Shown piece after piece: positions 27,231 through 41,523 of a stretch of DNA of 64,000 nt (its first letter is position 1; every line of letters starts with the position of its first letter). The notes under the pieces were generated by a model that worked only from the letters and a program-made list of their open reading frames with translations, had not been told where the DNA came from and searched no databases. Source of the stretch: Eledone cirrhosa (Eukaryota); NCBI GenBank assembly GCA_964016885.1, contig OZ024741.1:62248001-62312000 (forward strand), in the 5' to 3' direction. Both the position numbers and the translations under genes were made by a program.

Positions 27231-28158
27231 TATACCTTTGCCAGTCTGTTGAACGGTTGAAAATGTATAATATTTTCTTAAGTACACAACGGCTGAGTAG
27301 CCTCATTTGTATAAGGAGCAAGTTACGGCTGGCCTTGCCGAATATTAAATATAAAATTAGAATTTTATTTCTCGCCCTAGCACAGCTGATACATACATGT
27401 AAGTAAACACATGTACACAAATATATATATATACACAAATATATATATAGATACACAAATATATATATATATATATATACACACACATATATACATATAC
27501 ATATGTACGTATGGGTTATATCGAACATTTGTAAACAAACGGCCCAATTTGAAGCAGCATAAATATATATTAAATATAAATATTTATATATATTTTAAAT
27601 TTGTAGAATTACAATAAAATGACTTGTTTTAGCTGCTATCTTTAGCGATCTTTAGTAAATTATCACCCCCTCTGTATGGAGTTAATTTTGGCACCATGTG
27701 CTTTTATTTTGAGCGTCTTGCTTGGACAGATTGCTATTTAGTGCACAATGTGAGATATATATATAAAAATCCAGAATCATTCACTATCAAACGGATTTTT
27801 TACGTCGTTTTGATGACATGTATTACAAAAATCAATAATTGATGATTGACACTAATTATTAAAATCGATTATAAACATCGTATTCTTGATGTTCATGATG
27901 TACAAAAAGAGGAGTCATTTTAATATCTAGAATATCTTTGACCATAGAAATCTTGATCCGGGTCATCCCAGGGCTAACAAGAACAACCATAAATATAGGA
28001 TCAACAACAAGACCAAGCATAGCTATATGACTAACAATGACAACAACAACGACAAAAATATCCACAAAATCAAAAACACCACCACCAACAGCAACAACAG
28101 ACTCTGCATGAGACTCAAGATCCACTACAACAATAACAAGACAAACAACATCATCATC

Positions 28159-28190
<32 letters not shown>

Positions 28191-28704
28191 CGTCGTCGTC
28201 ATCAACAACAACAACAATAACAGAAATATCATGAACTACAACAAGAGGATCAACGACAATAAGAGGATCAACAATAGATTTAAGATCAACAACAACAATA
28301 AAATCTAGAAAAACAAACAAGAACAACAACCATAAAAGCGTTGAGAAACGCCTACGTCGGTCGCACGTGCGTTAGGGAGGGCTATTTATTGCAGCGGCGC
28401 GTGCCCGTTTGTGGGTGAAGGCTTGTAGTATGGGAGGAGCGGCGTGTGCTAGCCCGGGTGTGCATGGCGGAAGCTGTTGCTGTTGTAAGGTTCAAGATGT
28501 CACCTCACTGGTGAAACACCTTGTCAAAAATTCGATTATTTCCAAATAAATTCGCTGTCATTTACTATCAAGGATCTACATACAAAGGAAAGGGAGCGTG
28601 AGTGCGTGCTTGTTTGTATTAGAACGTATGTGCTTGTGAAAGTATGTATCCGCACACACAAACACACAAACACACTCACACACATACATACATATATATA
28701 TATG

Positions 28705-28752
<48 letters not shown>

Positions 28753-28804
28753 CTTAAATAAATAAATAAATATATATGTATATATATATGTATATATGTA
28801 CACG

Positions 28805-28858
<54 letters not shown>

Positions 28859-28861
28859 CAT

Positions 28862-28930
<69 letters not shown>

Positions 28931-28971
28931 TGATATTAAATAAATGGTAACTATATTTATAAAACCATATT

Positions 28972-29033
28972 TATTCTATTATATATATTTCAAGGGTACC
29001 AAAAATTTTGGTACGCTATCATCAGATAGAATA
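28972..29033 (-). ncRNA. Type I hammerhead ribozyme motif (inverted copy)
   Basis: Reverse complement of 29177-29238. Confidence 0.75.
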
Positions 29034-29176
29034 CAAAATGTTTTATAAATATTTGACATGACCAAGGATGATATACCTTAACGGTTCAAGTTAACCCTGG
29101 AAAGTTATCCCAGGGATAACTTGAAAGGTTAAGGTATATCATCCTTGGTCATGTCAAATATTTATAAAACATTTTG

Positions 29177-29238
29177 TATTCTATCTGATGATAGCGTACC
29201 AAAATTTGTGGTACCCTTGAAATATATATAATAGAATA
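29177..29238 (+). ncRNA. Type I hammerhead ribozyme motif
   Basis: TATTCTAT-CTGATGA-TAGCGTACC..GGTACCCTT-GAAA-TATATA-TA-ATAGAATA. Perfect 8 bp stem I. Confidence 0.75.
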
Positions 29239-29374
29239 AATATGGTTTTATAAATATAGTTTCCATTTATTTAGTATCAATTGTATACCTACTCCAGAAA
29301 ACTGTCGAGTGCTTTGAATCAGTTGTAAACATCTATATTTGTTGGATTTCCAACAAATTAAATATATCTTATAA

Positions 29375-30035
<661 letters not shown>

Positions 30036-30064
30036 GTATATATATGTTAGTAGATATACTAATT

Positions 30065-30105
<41 letters not shown>

Positions 30106-30112
<7 letters not shown>

Positions 30113-30330
30113 GTGAGGGGTTTTTTACAAAATGAAAAATAACCGAGGTGTCCTACACGAGTGAAAGTATAAAGAAAAAAAGATGAAATCGAAAATGCAA
30201 CTGGAGTCTTATTTAAAAAAATATATATATATTTATTTGGTTCCTTTACCGGTTTCGCAGTTCTTCTGCTTTTCAAAAGTATAGTTGAGATGGAGGGTCT
30301 GTGTTTTTTCTCACATCTGTGGTTTTTCTC
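30106..30330 (-). mobile_element. Family D element (single arm) with U3-A8 variant HHR at 30243-30280
   Basis: Near-identical to the arms at 40000-40365. Confidence 0.7.
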
Positions 30331-30975
30331 AATTATATATATATTTCTCACATATATATATATATGTATATATACAAGGGTCGGCTGAGAAATGGCTGAC
30401 CATGGAAAGAAACAATGCAGTTACTAATAAGAAGAGTTGAAATTAATATGCAAGATTTCATATCACTAGAATCACTCCTTCATAATTCGCCCATGAACCT
30501 TAACATGTCCGGCGCTCTACGGATTCTGCTAATTCACTGCCCTTTATATCCACTAGAAATCATACTGCAAACGCTTAGTACGTAACAGCACTTTACGTCA
30601 CGTAAAGAATGTAAGGCTTTACTTTAATACTGCAAATGTTCATAATTATATGCCCACTAGTAAAGGTATTATAAACATTTAAATTAACAACACTGATTTT
30701 ATATTTTTCTGCTAAATTCTTAAAGAATGTTGATAGTTAAAGACGGCAGGATGAGTTAGAGATGGTTGAAAATGAAAATGAAAAACAATATTTATGATCA
30801 GCCGGGTGGAAGACAAACCCATAATTTATATTGGGGGAGAGAGTTATGAGGTTTAAAGAGAGAGAGAGAGGGGGGGGGGGGGCTAACAAATTGCGATATT
30901 AAATAAATTTGATATAGCAATATTATAATTATACTATAATCATATTACATCATATCGTGTTATATTATATTATAT

Positions 30976-31295
30976 GGATTGGCAGTATCGGTAGAGGGTC
31001 GGACGCTATGCTTTGACGCATAGATTTCCGGCCCTTGCCATTCTGAGTTCGAATCCTGCCGAGGTTAACTTTTCCTTTCATCCTTACGGGGTTGATAAAA
31101 TAAAGTACCAGTAATACACTGGTTTATTGCTGGCCTTGTGCCAAAAATAGAAACAATTATATGATATATTATATTATGTTATATTATATTATATTGCCGA
31201 GGTTAACTTTGCCTTTCATCCTTACGGGGTCGATAAAATAAAGTACCAGTAATACACTGGGTTTTGTTGGCCTTGTGCCAAAAGTAGAAACAATT
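30976..31295 (+). mobile_element. SINE family 1 followed by a tandem partial duplicate of its 3' half
   Basis: A and B boxes, core and tail at 30976-31160. Core plus tail repeated at 31196-31295. Confidence 0.8.
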
Positions 31296-31725
31296 ATATT
31301 ATATGATATTATATTACATTATATTTATTACATTTTGTGGAAAATGTGGCGAACATGTATTAATGTATAGCGTATTGTGTGAAGATTGATCTGCGCTCAA
31401 TTTGATCTTATTCAGCTCTCGGTACATTGAGGACAGAATACTAATTTCATTATATACTGTGTACTATGTATACTTGTCAACTAAATGTTTTAATTTCTAT
31501 GTAAACTTCCATATTTATGTTGTAACTTGTTTTTGCAATGTCTCTTTCATTCGATGGTCTTGTGGCAAATAAGAGAAATTAGTATTATTGTTGTTGGTAT
31601 TATATTTATTTGGCGATTCATCCTTACGGGATCGATAAAATATATACCAGTAACGCAATGGAGTCGATTTAATCGACTTTCCCCTCTCCCAAAATTATCG
31701 TCCTTGTGCCTAAGTCAGAAATCAT

Positions 31726-31763
<38 letters not shown>

Positions 31764-33513
31764 GGTGAGAGTTGATGGTAACACGGGAATGAACTGAACT
31801 ATCGAAGGTTTAAAAATTAAAATTAAAATGGTGGTGGTTCTCCTCCAATATTCGTGAGTAAACAAACCAGCAGTGAGCGGAACTAGAACCGGAAGTAGAA
31901 AAAAGTGTTGATTTGTTGATGTGATCACTCATACAAATATACACTCTCCCTTACACACACACTCACCCACCTCACATACATACGCACTCTCTCCCTCTCA
32001 CACACATACATACACACACTCTGGTTCCTCTCTGTTTCTCTCATTACTTTTCTCATTCAGACTGGTTCCTTTTTCTATCTTCCTCTCTCATTCTCACTCA
32101 TCTCATCCTTTTCTCACTCATTTCTCTCTTATCTCTCTCTCTCAACACTCTCTGCCCCTCAACATCTCTCATACCACCCCTCTCCTCTCCTCTAACTCCA
32201 CCATGGCGTTTATCTCATGTAGTTTGTTATTCCATTGTTGCTGGCTGAGTATTTTGTATTCTTACACGTGGACATGACACGTGACCATTGTAGTACGGTA
32301 GTAAACACCTTAAACACACTTATACACACACATGCAAACAGCAGCACATACGCAAACACTCACACGCACCTGCGTACACGTATAGACTTACATACTCACC
32401 AAAGCATATACATGTACACATGCCTGAACACGCACAGACACACATAAAAGAACACACACACACACACGTAAACGTATATAAACACACACATACACATATA
32501 CATAAACACACACATACAGACATACGCCTACACTTGTATAGAAACACACACGTACACACATATACACACATTGATGAAGCCACATACATAAAGATACATA
32601 AACATACTCGTACACAGACATAAACGAACCGTGCCCACACTGTAGAAGAACGGTTCTTACCTACATAAAATAAACAGTTGACATGGGAGCCGGAAGTTTA
32701 AAATCTATTTCCGGTTTGGTTAATATGTAAATAGCGGTGTCACATGGCCAAGCCGCATTTGACGCGGTTGTGGTTGCATTTCTGATGCACAAATGTGCCT
32801 TGTATTGTGTGTCTTGGTGCAGTTGCTGTTGGTATTGTTGTTGAGGATGGTAGAGTTGGGGATAGTATAGCGGCAACCATGTAAATAGTGGTGGTGTGTT
32901 TGAGAATTATATATAACGATAGTGTTGGTGATGGTGGTTGTGATGGAGGTGGTGGATGGTGGTGGTGGTGGTGGTGCTGATGATGGTGGTTTTGGTGGTG
33001 GTGGTGGTGATGGTGGTGGTGATAGTGGTGATGGTGGTGGTGGTGGTTGTGGTTGTGGTGGAGGTGGTGGGTGGTGGTGGTGGTGGCGGTGGTGGTTGTG
33101 GTGGTGGTGATGGTTGTAGTGGTGGGAGGTGGTGATGGTGGTGGCGGTGATGGTGGTAGTGTTGATAGTTGTGGTGGTTTTGGTGGTGGTGATGGTGGAT
33201 GGTGGTGATGGTTGTAGTGGTGGTGGTGGTGGATGGTGGTCGTGGTGGTGGGGATGGTGATGGTGGTCGTGGTGGTGATGGTTGTAGTGGTGGTGGTGGT
33301 GGTGATGGTGATGGCAGTGATGATAATGAGGACGGTGATGATGGTGGTGGTGGTGGTGGTGGTGATGGTTGTGATAGCGATGGTGGTGATGATAATGATG
33401 ACGATGATGATGAAGATGATAGTGATGACAGCAACGATTATTTCGATGATGAGGATGGTGGTTATATTGATGATGGCGACGACAACGACGATCATGATAT
33501 AGAAGATAATAAT

Positions 33514-33697
33514 TGTTTCTACTTTAGGCACAAGGCCAGAAATTACCCAGTACATTACTGGTACTTTATTTTATCGACCCCGTAAGGATGAAAGGCAAAG
33601 TTAACCTCGGCGGGATTTGAACTCAGACTGTAAAGGCACGTAACTATGCTAGAAAGCATGGCGTCCAACCCTCTACCGATACTGCCAATTCACCACC
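33514..33697 (-). mobile_element. SINE family 1 with 22 bp TSD
   Basis: [25 protein letters not shown] at 33492-33513 and 33698-33719. Confidence 0.85.
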
Positions 33698-33779
33698 TCA
33701 TGATATAGAAGATAATAATGATAACAATGATGCTTTTGATGATGAGGATGACGATGGTGATGATGATGATGATAATAAT

Positions 33780-33925
33780 GGTTTCTTATATAAGCACAAG
33801 TCCAACAATTTTGGGGAAGGGGAAAGTCGATTAAATCGACCCCAATGCGTGACTGGTACATTATTTTATCGATCCCGTAAGGATGATAGGCAAAAGTAAC
33901 CTCGGCGGGATTCGAACTCGAAGGT
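33780..33925 (-). mobile_element. SINE fragment
   Basis: Core ATCGATCCCGTAAGGATGA.AGGCAAA and the B-box complement. Confidence 0.65.
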
Positions 33926-33974
33926 TGTAATTGCGATGACACTGTGGGAAATACATATACAGAACATCTATATC

Positions 33975-34365
33975 AAACAAAAACTTATCGCTCCACATGG
34001 CTGAATACAATACATGTAATCTGAGTTTTTCGAATATTAATAATTGTTTCTACTTTAGGCACAAGGCAGCAATTACTCAGTGCATTACTGGTACTTTATT
34101 TTATCAACCCCGTAAGGATGAAAGGTAAAGTCAACCTTGGCGGGATTTGAACTCAGATCGTAAAGGGACGTAACTATGCTGGAAAGCATGGCGTCCGACC
34201 CTCTACCAATATATTAATAATAATATTCGATTCGTTTGCAATTTACATGCCAACGCAAGAGCAAGAATGACGAGGTCATTCTACTAACATGGCTTTAAAG
34301 AGCCTGTTTGCATAATTGCAAACAAATCGAATATTATTATTAATATTCGAAAAACTCAGATTATA
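33975..34365. mobile_element. Fold-back element family B (second copy) with SINE at 34045-34210 (minus)
   Basis: Shares CGCTC.ACATGGCTGAATACAAT..ATGTAATCTGAGTTTTTCGAATATTAATAAT and the inverted arm with 16755-17212. Confidence 0.75.
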
Positions 34366-34947
34366 TATATAGTCCAGTAACAGGTCCCCCTGTATTTTTG
34401 AACGAAACATCCGCTGAGAAAGCAGTTTTCCACGTTCATCTCTTTACTAGAAGTCAGATATATTTTTTTATGTGGGCTGACAGTAATTGATTAAGGAACT
34501 GCAGAAACCCATAAAGCTAGAATTTAACATCCTTCTAGCGGGTACGGGTGAGTTTTTACATTCATTTAATTTATTAATTTATTAATTTATTATTTGAGTG
34601 ACCCGAATTTTCCTGGTCGTTTTTTTCGGCTGTGCGAATGATTCTAGGCATCGTCTATATGTGTTGGTATTTTAACGATAGTTATAGCTCTGGTTCATCC
34701 AAACTATTGAGCCCTCTGCCACACATGTCGAAGATTGTTTATCGTTATTTCGTGGGCCAAGATTCTGATTCTCGATTATTTACTTATATCTATCTATTAT
34801 ATATATATTTATATATATATGTGTGTATTATACAAGCATACGTGTGAGTTTGTGTGTATTTGTGTGTGTGTGTATATATATATTATCTAAAGACATTTTT
34901 TCCAATTCCAAACCGCCTGTCCCCTCAATCTATCTTATTTCTCATTC

Positions 34948-34987
34948 TTTCCTCTGATGAAGGACTAGCGTCCGAAACATTAAGACC
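34948..34987 (+). ncRNA. Minimal hammerhead motif in a solo PLE-like pLTR
   Basis: CCT-CTGATGA-AGGAC TAGC GTCC-GAAACATTA-AGAC. Stems I and III partly decayed; the element lies between microsatellites at ~34885-35070. Confidence 0.55.
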
Positions 34988-35119
34988 CTATTCCTGCTAT
35001 ATCAAGCGTTAACCTAATATATCTCTTCCATATACTGTACCAATTGTGTTGTTATTTCTGTTTACCTTTTACACACACATATATATATATATATATATAT
35101 GGGGGGGGGGGGGGGGGGG

Positions 35120-35610
35120 CACTAAAAAATTAGCCCAAGCTCGTTAACCGAGAGAGGGTTGATTGATCCATTCTTCGTCGAAGAAAATAGTGTCACTGCT
35201 ACAGTCACAAAGGAACACTATATGTAGCTACAGACCATTCACCCATCTTTAATTAATAAGATGTGGTTCCATCAAAACAGAGTAAGCCCTCACGCCTCCA
35301 ATGAGTCACAAGAAGGGTTGAAAAATAACTTTGGAAAACTCGTGATCAATTTGAAAACTGATTTATTGTGGGCCCCATTCAGCCCTCGTTTAATCCTCCC
35401 CCCCCTCCCTCGATCTCCGTCTTTGGGGCTATCTGAAGGATAGGGTATATGGCAACAAATCCAGAACCATCACTGAACTAAAGGAAAACGTCAGGGAGAA
35501 TATCAGTGCAATCTTGCAGGTCTGTTTGTAACGAGGTTATGCTAAACTTCACCATGCACCTCAAAAATGCATAGATTTAAATGGAGATCACTTGGAACAT
35601 GTACTGTAAC
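35120..35610 (+). pseudogene. Degraded Tc1/mariner-superfamily transposase C-terminus
   Basis: WFHQNRVSPH...F...I......WAPFSPRL..(frameshift)..LWGYLKDRVY...RTITELKENV, a decayed WFQQDGA..H / WP..SPDL / LWGYLK pattern. Confidence 0.7.
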
Positions 35611-36269
35611 TGTGAGCAGAAACGTCAGAAGATAGAGAGGTTTTTATATGCTATTTATTAATTGTTTAGTCTCAACATATTCGTAGTTACTTCAGTTTTT
35701 CTCAACAAATGAATAATGTACTAATGAATAATGTTTTCCACTGTCGAAAAATTAGTTGGAACTTTTATGCAAAAGGCTGACCATTTCACTCACTCAGATC
35801 TTCCAAAAAAATGTAAAATGACAATGAACATATCTTCACACAAAAAAGTTCAACTTATCAGAAAGCGGTACCGACTCTACGTGGCTGCTCCAAATAGCAG
35901 TCATATTGCAATATTGTACACTTCTATCTTAAATAAATAACACAATATGAAATATACATGCTAGAGCTACAGCCTACGTAGTCACTCAACATGAAAGAAA
36001 TAGCAGCCGAAAAGGAGTGTTGATTAGGATTATGAAGATGAGGAATATGATGATGATGATGATGATGATGATGATAATGACGTTGATGCTGGCGATCATA
36101 ATGATTGTGGTGAGGATAATGATCTGGTTTTAAATCACGCTGAGGTTAACTTTATTTTTCATCAACCTCAGGCTAATAAAATAAAGTAAAAGTCAAGGAC
36201 TGAGGTCGATTTAATTGAGCTCTCACCATGAGCGTTCCAATAATTAGATGAACCGGAAAAAGTGACCAG

Positions 36270-38375
36270 TATATCAGACCATTTGCGGTTGGAACATTGC
36301 GAATAAATGAGGGCGGTAGTGTAAAGCAAGTGCGAGAAAACAAATTGTCAGGGAGCCGGTTACAGGAAGCTAAACGCGTCTTTGCTGGCGCGGAATGATT
36401 TCAGGGACCAAATCAGCAAACTAGTTAAACAGAAATTGACGAGCGGGGTGTCTAATCGACAGCAGGTGGTGCCTCTCACATAAGAAGGGTGAATAACAAA
36501 AGCATCGCAAAAGACGTGCTTTGTTATTTTTTCGTGGTTGGCGCTGTCCTCACTAGCGTCGTCGGGGATGCGCAGACATTTGTTATCCTAGACAGATTAT
36601 CCATAACCACCTCATGTGATGCATCGTAACACGCTTTGAGATTAGACCTAGTTTCAGCAGGACGATGGTAAATTTAGACCAGCCAAATGGTTTTAACTGG
36701 GTTGATAATCGCTTGCATGAGCCTGTTCTAAAATCAGTTAGTGTGATTCCTTTTTTCCGATGTTGGATCGCCACAATATAGATCGATGTCTGTTCACGGG
36801 TCAAATAAAACTACCCCCTCTTGGAACCTTTCACCCTTGCGCGCTCGGTCCGTCAAGTGTGTTATCTTTGATCTTTCCTCTAAGCGTTGGCAATAGAGCT
36901 AGTACTGAGGAATATAGAAACTCTGAAAGGCATCCCACTCGAACTGGGCCACGGGAAAACCGTGAATGGCTATGCCGATGACCTCATTGTCATCGTGTCG
37001 AATATTTAGCATGTGGAGGTGGTAGGCGCCATACTAGAAGAATACCAACAAAGAATATGTGCATATATAAGCCAGAACAAATCGGAGGCCGACAACACGA
37101 CTCGTGGAAAAGCGAGTCCATGTCACCCAGAGGCAATTTTTGTCTTTGGAACAAAAGCCCGGTTAAGGTGCTCAGGGTTTGGTTCCGAAGGACAAGCAGG
37201 TAGCAAAAACTGGGAAGATGTCGTGATCAGAGAAAACTATCCTTAAAATATCGCGCTGACACGACGAACGCCTTCATTGTCTCTGGTGTACTAACGCCTG
37301 ACCGCCATAACTTGCCCCATGAAACAGAACTAATATTTTCGTTACTTGTGAAAAGGACAAATTTTAAAAGTCATGAAATCCATCTGTTACGTCGTGGAGG
37401 TCTTGGAATATATTCAATGATGATGTGAAGACATGCACTGAGTCTGTCACACCTGCAGAAATGTCTCTACTCCTGCAAAGGTGACGATGACGATGAACCG
37501 GTGTGGGCGTTTTTCGATAGACACATTTTTGCGTAGCTCATCTTGACGGCGCTGGGGTCATGAGTTGTCTATCCTCTTGAATGCTGCCAAGCACTCACGG
37601 CAATCTACGAACTGATAAAAACCATCAGCTGCCCGAAAACAATGCTATCTTTCTAGAGAGATTTAGAGGAAAGAATGTGCAACGATGGCCTAGGAACCAC
37701 TCTGGGAATATACTAAGATAGTCTTAGCAGTATTTAGGTTTCCTGTTCGATACAATACATGTACATAAGTTCCAATATCCCAACCTGCTTGTGAAGCGAG
37801 CAGGACGACGAAATCGTCTTGCTTGCCATCTTTCAGTGTCTGTGCATTACAGATTTGTGAAAAAACTGTCATGGCGTGTAGGAAGCATCGCATGCCGAAT
37901 CAATAGTGAAGATTGACCACCTTCTTCCATTGGCAAGGAAGGGTAGAACGATGTTTCTTGATATGGTGATTATGATAAAAGAAATTGTGTGTTGGACACG
38001 GATGAAATGTTTGAGGAGAGAAACTTTCCTTTCTCGCCAAGCGCTCTTTAAGTTATTCAAGTATCATTTGAAGAGGAAAATGGGGCGAGAATAGGAGATT
38101 CTGCCTTCTAAAGTGTTCCCTGAATGGTTGCTGTGGGCAACGTGGTTGATGCTTTTCTATAATATAAGTAAAAGAAACTGGATAAGGGCAGTTTCAATGC
38201 TTTTGGTGCTGGACAGTAATCCGTGGCTTTGTGTGGGGTTCTTGCTCCGAATTACGGGAGGTGATTTTTTTTCCCCTATTGGTTAATTTTTTATTGAAAA
38301 TTTATTATTATATACATTGCTTTTGTTGATTTCGAATATTTCAATTCGATGTAAACCCCATTTTGGGTTGTAATT
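36270..38375 (+). pseudogene. Highly decayed Tx1/L1-like ORF2
   Basis: GY.KLNASL at ~36358, YADD codons at 36971-36982, and C-terminal KEIVCWTRMK...FKYHLKRK similar to the younger copies. Confidence 0.75.
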
Positions 38376-39121
38376 CATCTTAGTCTTCCGTTCTTGTGGA
38401 CAACTGAAGAAATTATTATTATTTTGTTGTTGTTGTTATTGTTATTGTTATTATTATTATTATTGTTGTTGTTGTTGTTGTTGTTGTTATGATAATGATA
38501 ATGATGATGATAATGATGATGATAATGATGATGATGTGGTGATGATGATGATGACTGTGGTGGTGATGATGATGATAATAATGATGATGGTGAGGTGATG
38601 ATGATGCTGATGATGAGGATATTTTTATTCTCTTCGACGATACAGGTGCAGTGGATATTACATTGTAACAATTTCACAATGACTGACTCCGTAGAATATA
38701 TGAAAAAAATGAGGGAGCAAGAAAGAGAAGAAAGAAAGAGAATGTGTATATAATAAGGGATGAAGGAATGAAGACAAGAAAGAAACATTTCTTGCACGTG
38801 CAGCATCCGGATGATCTTTTATGGATGGACTTGGGCCATTTCTCTAATGGATATATAAGGAGAGAGGGAGAAGGAGCGTGGAGAGAGAAATGGAGACAGG
38901 AAGAAGGGTCATGAGAGAGAATGAGAGAAGGTGATGTGGATATGGTTGATTTACATAATGTAGGAGAGTGTGGGGAGAAAGGGAGAGAGGGCAAGGAGAA
39001 AAGGAAAAGTCTCAAGAGAATTTCAATTTCCGTTAACAACGTACATGCTTCTCTCTTATTGATTCGTTGTTTATTTATGGTCTGTTTGTTTGTTTGTGGT
39101 ATTGTTACAATCTACATATAT

Positions 39122-39173
<52 letters not shown>

Positions 39174-39190
39174 ACACACACACACACACA

Positions 39191-39241
<51 letters not shown>

Positions 39242-39358
39242 ATATACGCAGATATATAGATGTATATACTTATAACAATATTTATAGAGATAGATAGACA
39301 GATAGTGTTTGCAAATACATAATATAATATAATATAATATATATATATATAAAATTAT

Positions 39359-39446
<88 letters not shown>

Positions 39447-39447
39447 G

Positions 39448-39531
<84 letters not shown>

Positions 39532-39630
39532 TATATACATATATATATACATACACACATACATATATATATATATATAAATATATATATATATATGAAT
39601 GTATATATAGTGTATTTTGCAATACACTTG

Positions 39631-39661
<31 letters not shown>

Positions 39662-39731
39662 ATATATATGTAAATATATATATATAGAGAGAGATATACC
39701 CATACTATCCAGAGAATATCCAACTGATAAG

Positions 39732-39777
<46 letters not shown>

Positions 39778-39857
39778 GTGTGTGTGTGTGTGTGCGTGTG
39801 TTGATCTAGATCTATATAATCTAGTGTGCATGTATATATAGTGTATTTTGCAATACA

Positions 39858-39941
<84 letters not shown>

Positions 39942-39999
39942 GAGAGAGAGAGAGATACACCCATACTATCCATAGATAAGGTATATATATATATATATA

Positions 40000-40356
40000 T
40001 AAAGAAAAAAAGATGAAATCGAAAATGCTACTGGAGTCTCATTTAAAAAAAAATATATAGATTTATTTGGTTCCTTTACCGGTTTCGCAGTTCTTCTGCT
40101 TTTCAAAAGTAGAGTTGAGATGGAGGGTCTGTGGTTTTTTTTTCTCACATCTGATGTGAGAAAAACCACAGACCCTCCATCTCAACTCTACTTTTGAAAA
40201 GCAGAAGAACTGCGAAACCGATAAAGGAACCAAATAAATCTATATCTTTTTTTTTAAATAAGACTCCAGTAGCATTTTCGATTTCATCTTTTTTTCTTTA
40301 TACTTTCACTCATGTAGGACACCTCAGTTATTTTTCATTTTGTAAAAAGACCTCAC

Positions 40357-40365
<9 letters not shown>
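40000..40365. mobile_element. Fold-back element family D, hairpin centre at ~40151, two variant HHRs (40073-40110 minus; 40191-40226 plus)
   Basis: 40000-40150 is inverted to 40152-40300, centre CTCACATC-T-GATGTGAG. The right arm has an extra tail running into (TA)n. Confidence 0.8.
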
Positions 40366-40398
<33 letters not shown>

Positions 40399-41489
40399 GT
40401 GTGTGTGTGTTGATTTAGATCTATATGATCTTGTCTGCATGTATATATATACCAGTGCGTGTAGGTTTCAGTGTGTGTGTATATGTATATTTATTTGCAT
40501 ACACCTATGAACACAACACAAACATTGACGAATAAGAGGAGGCATATTCTACTTCTTAGAAAGACCACCTAGATTCCTTTCACACACAACCACTAAGCAG
40601 TCTGAAACAAAGGATTTACTGGGTAATATAGTTCTATATATGCTGTATATATTTAAAAGCTGTGATGGTCACGGCTGGGAGGCATTCGATAATAAGTCTG
40701 CTCTATCTGGGTTGACCTGGGGTTAAACAATAGCAACAACGACGATATACATTATGTGTATTTATGTCTTTGTTTTCCTTTTAGACATACAGTCGCAATT
40801 GATGTTGTTTGTTGTTGATGTTGATGATGATTGTTATAATGACGATGGTGACAGTTGTTATTGTGATGGTAATGATGATTGTCATAAATTCGATGATGAT
40901 GGCTTGTTACAGTGACGATGATGGTGATTGTTATGGTAATAACGGTGATCACTGTTATGGTGAAAGCCATGCTAATTGTTATAGCAATGGTAATTATTGC
41001 TGTGGTGTCGATGATGGTGATAGTGTTGACTACGGTGGCTATAGCGTCTGTAATGATCATTGAATAACTGTGTATGGTCACAGCTGAATAAATGAAGAAA
41101 TAAGGAAAGGTGAGGGTAGTTCACGGTTGATCACATATTCGTAGTGTGTGCCAACACCCACTCAATTGCTGTATATATTGTGGGAGTGGGGAGAGGGAAG
41201 AGAAAATACAGCGAGAGGGGAAATATCTAAAGAAGTGAGAAAGAGAATGAAAGAGAGAAGAGAGTGAGGATGAGTGAGTGAGAGAGAGAGAAAGAGAGAG
41301 AGAAAGTACGGAAGAGAGAGAAAGAGAAAGAGAGAGAGAGTGAGAGAGAGAGAGAGAAGAGATGTTTGTAATGTGAATAATACACTTGCCCCAAATTCTC
41401 TACTATTATAAAAGATGAAAGAACTTTTCTTCTTCTTCTTCTTCTTCTTCTTCTTCTTCTTCTTCTTCTTCTTCTTCTTCTTCTAATAA

Positions 41490-41520
<31 letters not shown>

Positions 41521-41523
41521 AAT

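Noticed and set aside
32740-33585. Long P/T/H/G-rich ORFs
   Set aside because: (GGT)/(GAT) low-complexity tract; the starts fall inside a SINE.
40151-40157. CTGATGT at the palindrome centre as an HHR core
   Set aside because: Created by the fold-back junction; no stem II or GAAA in register. The real motif is at 40191-40226.
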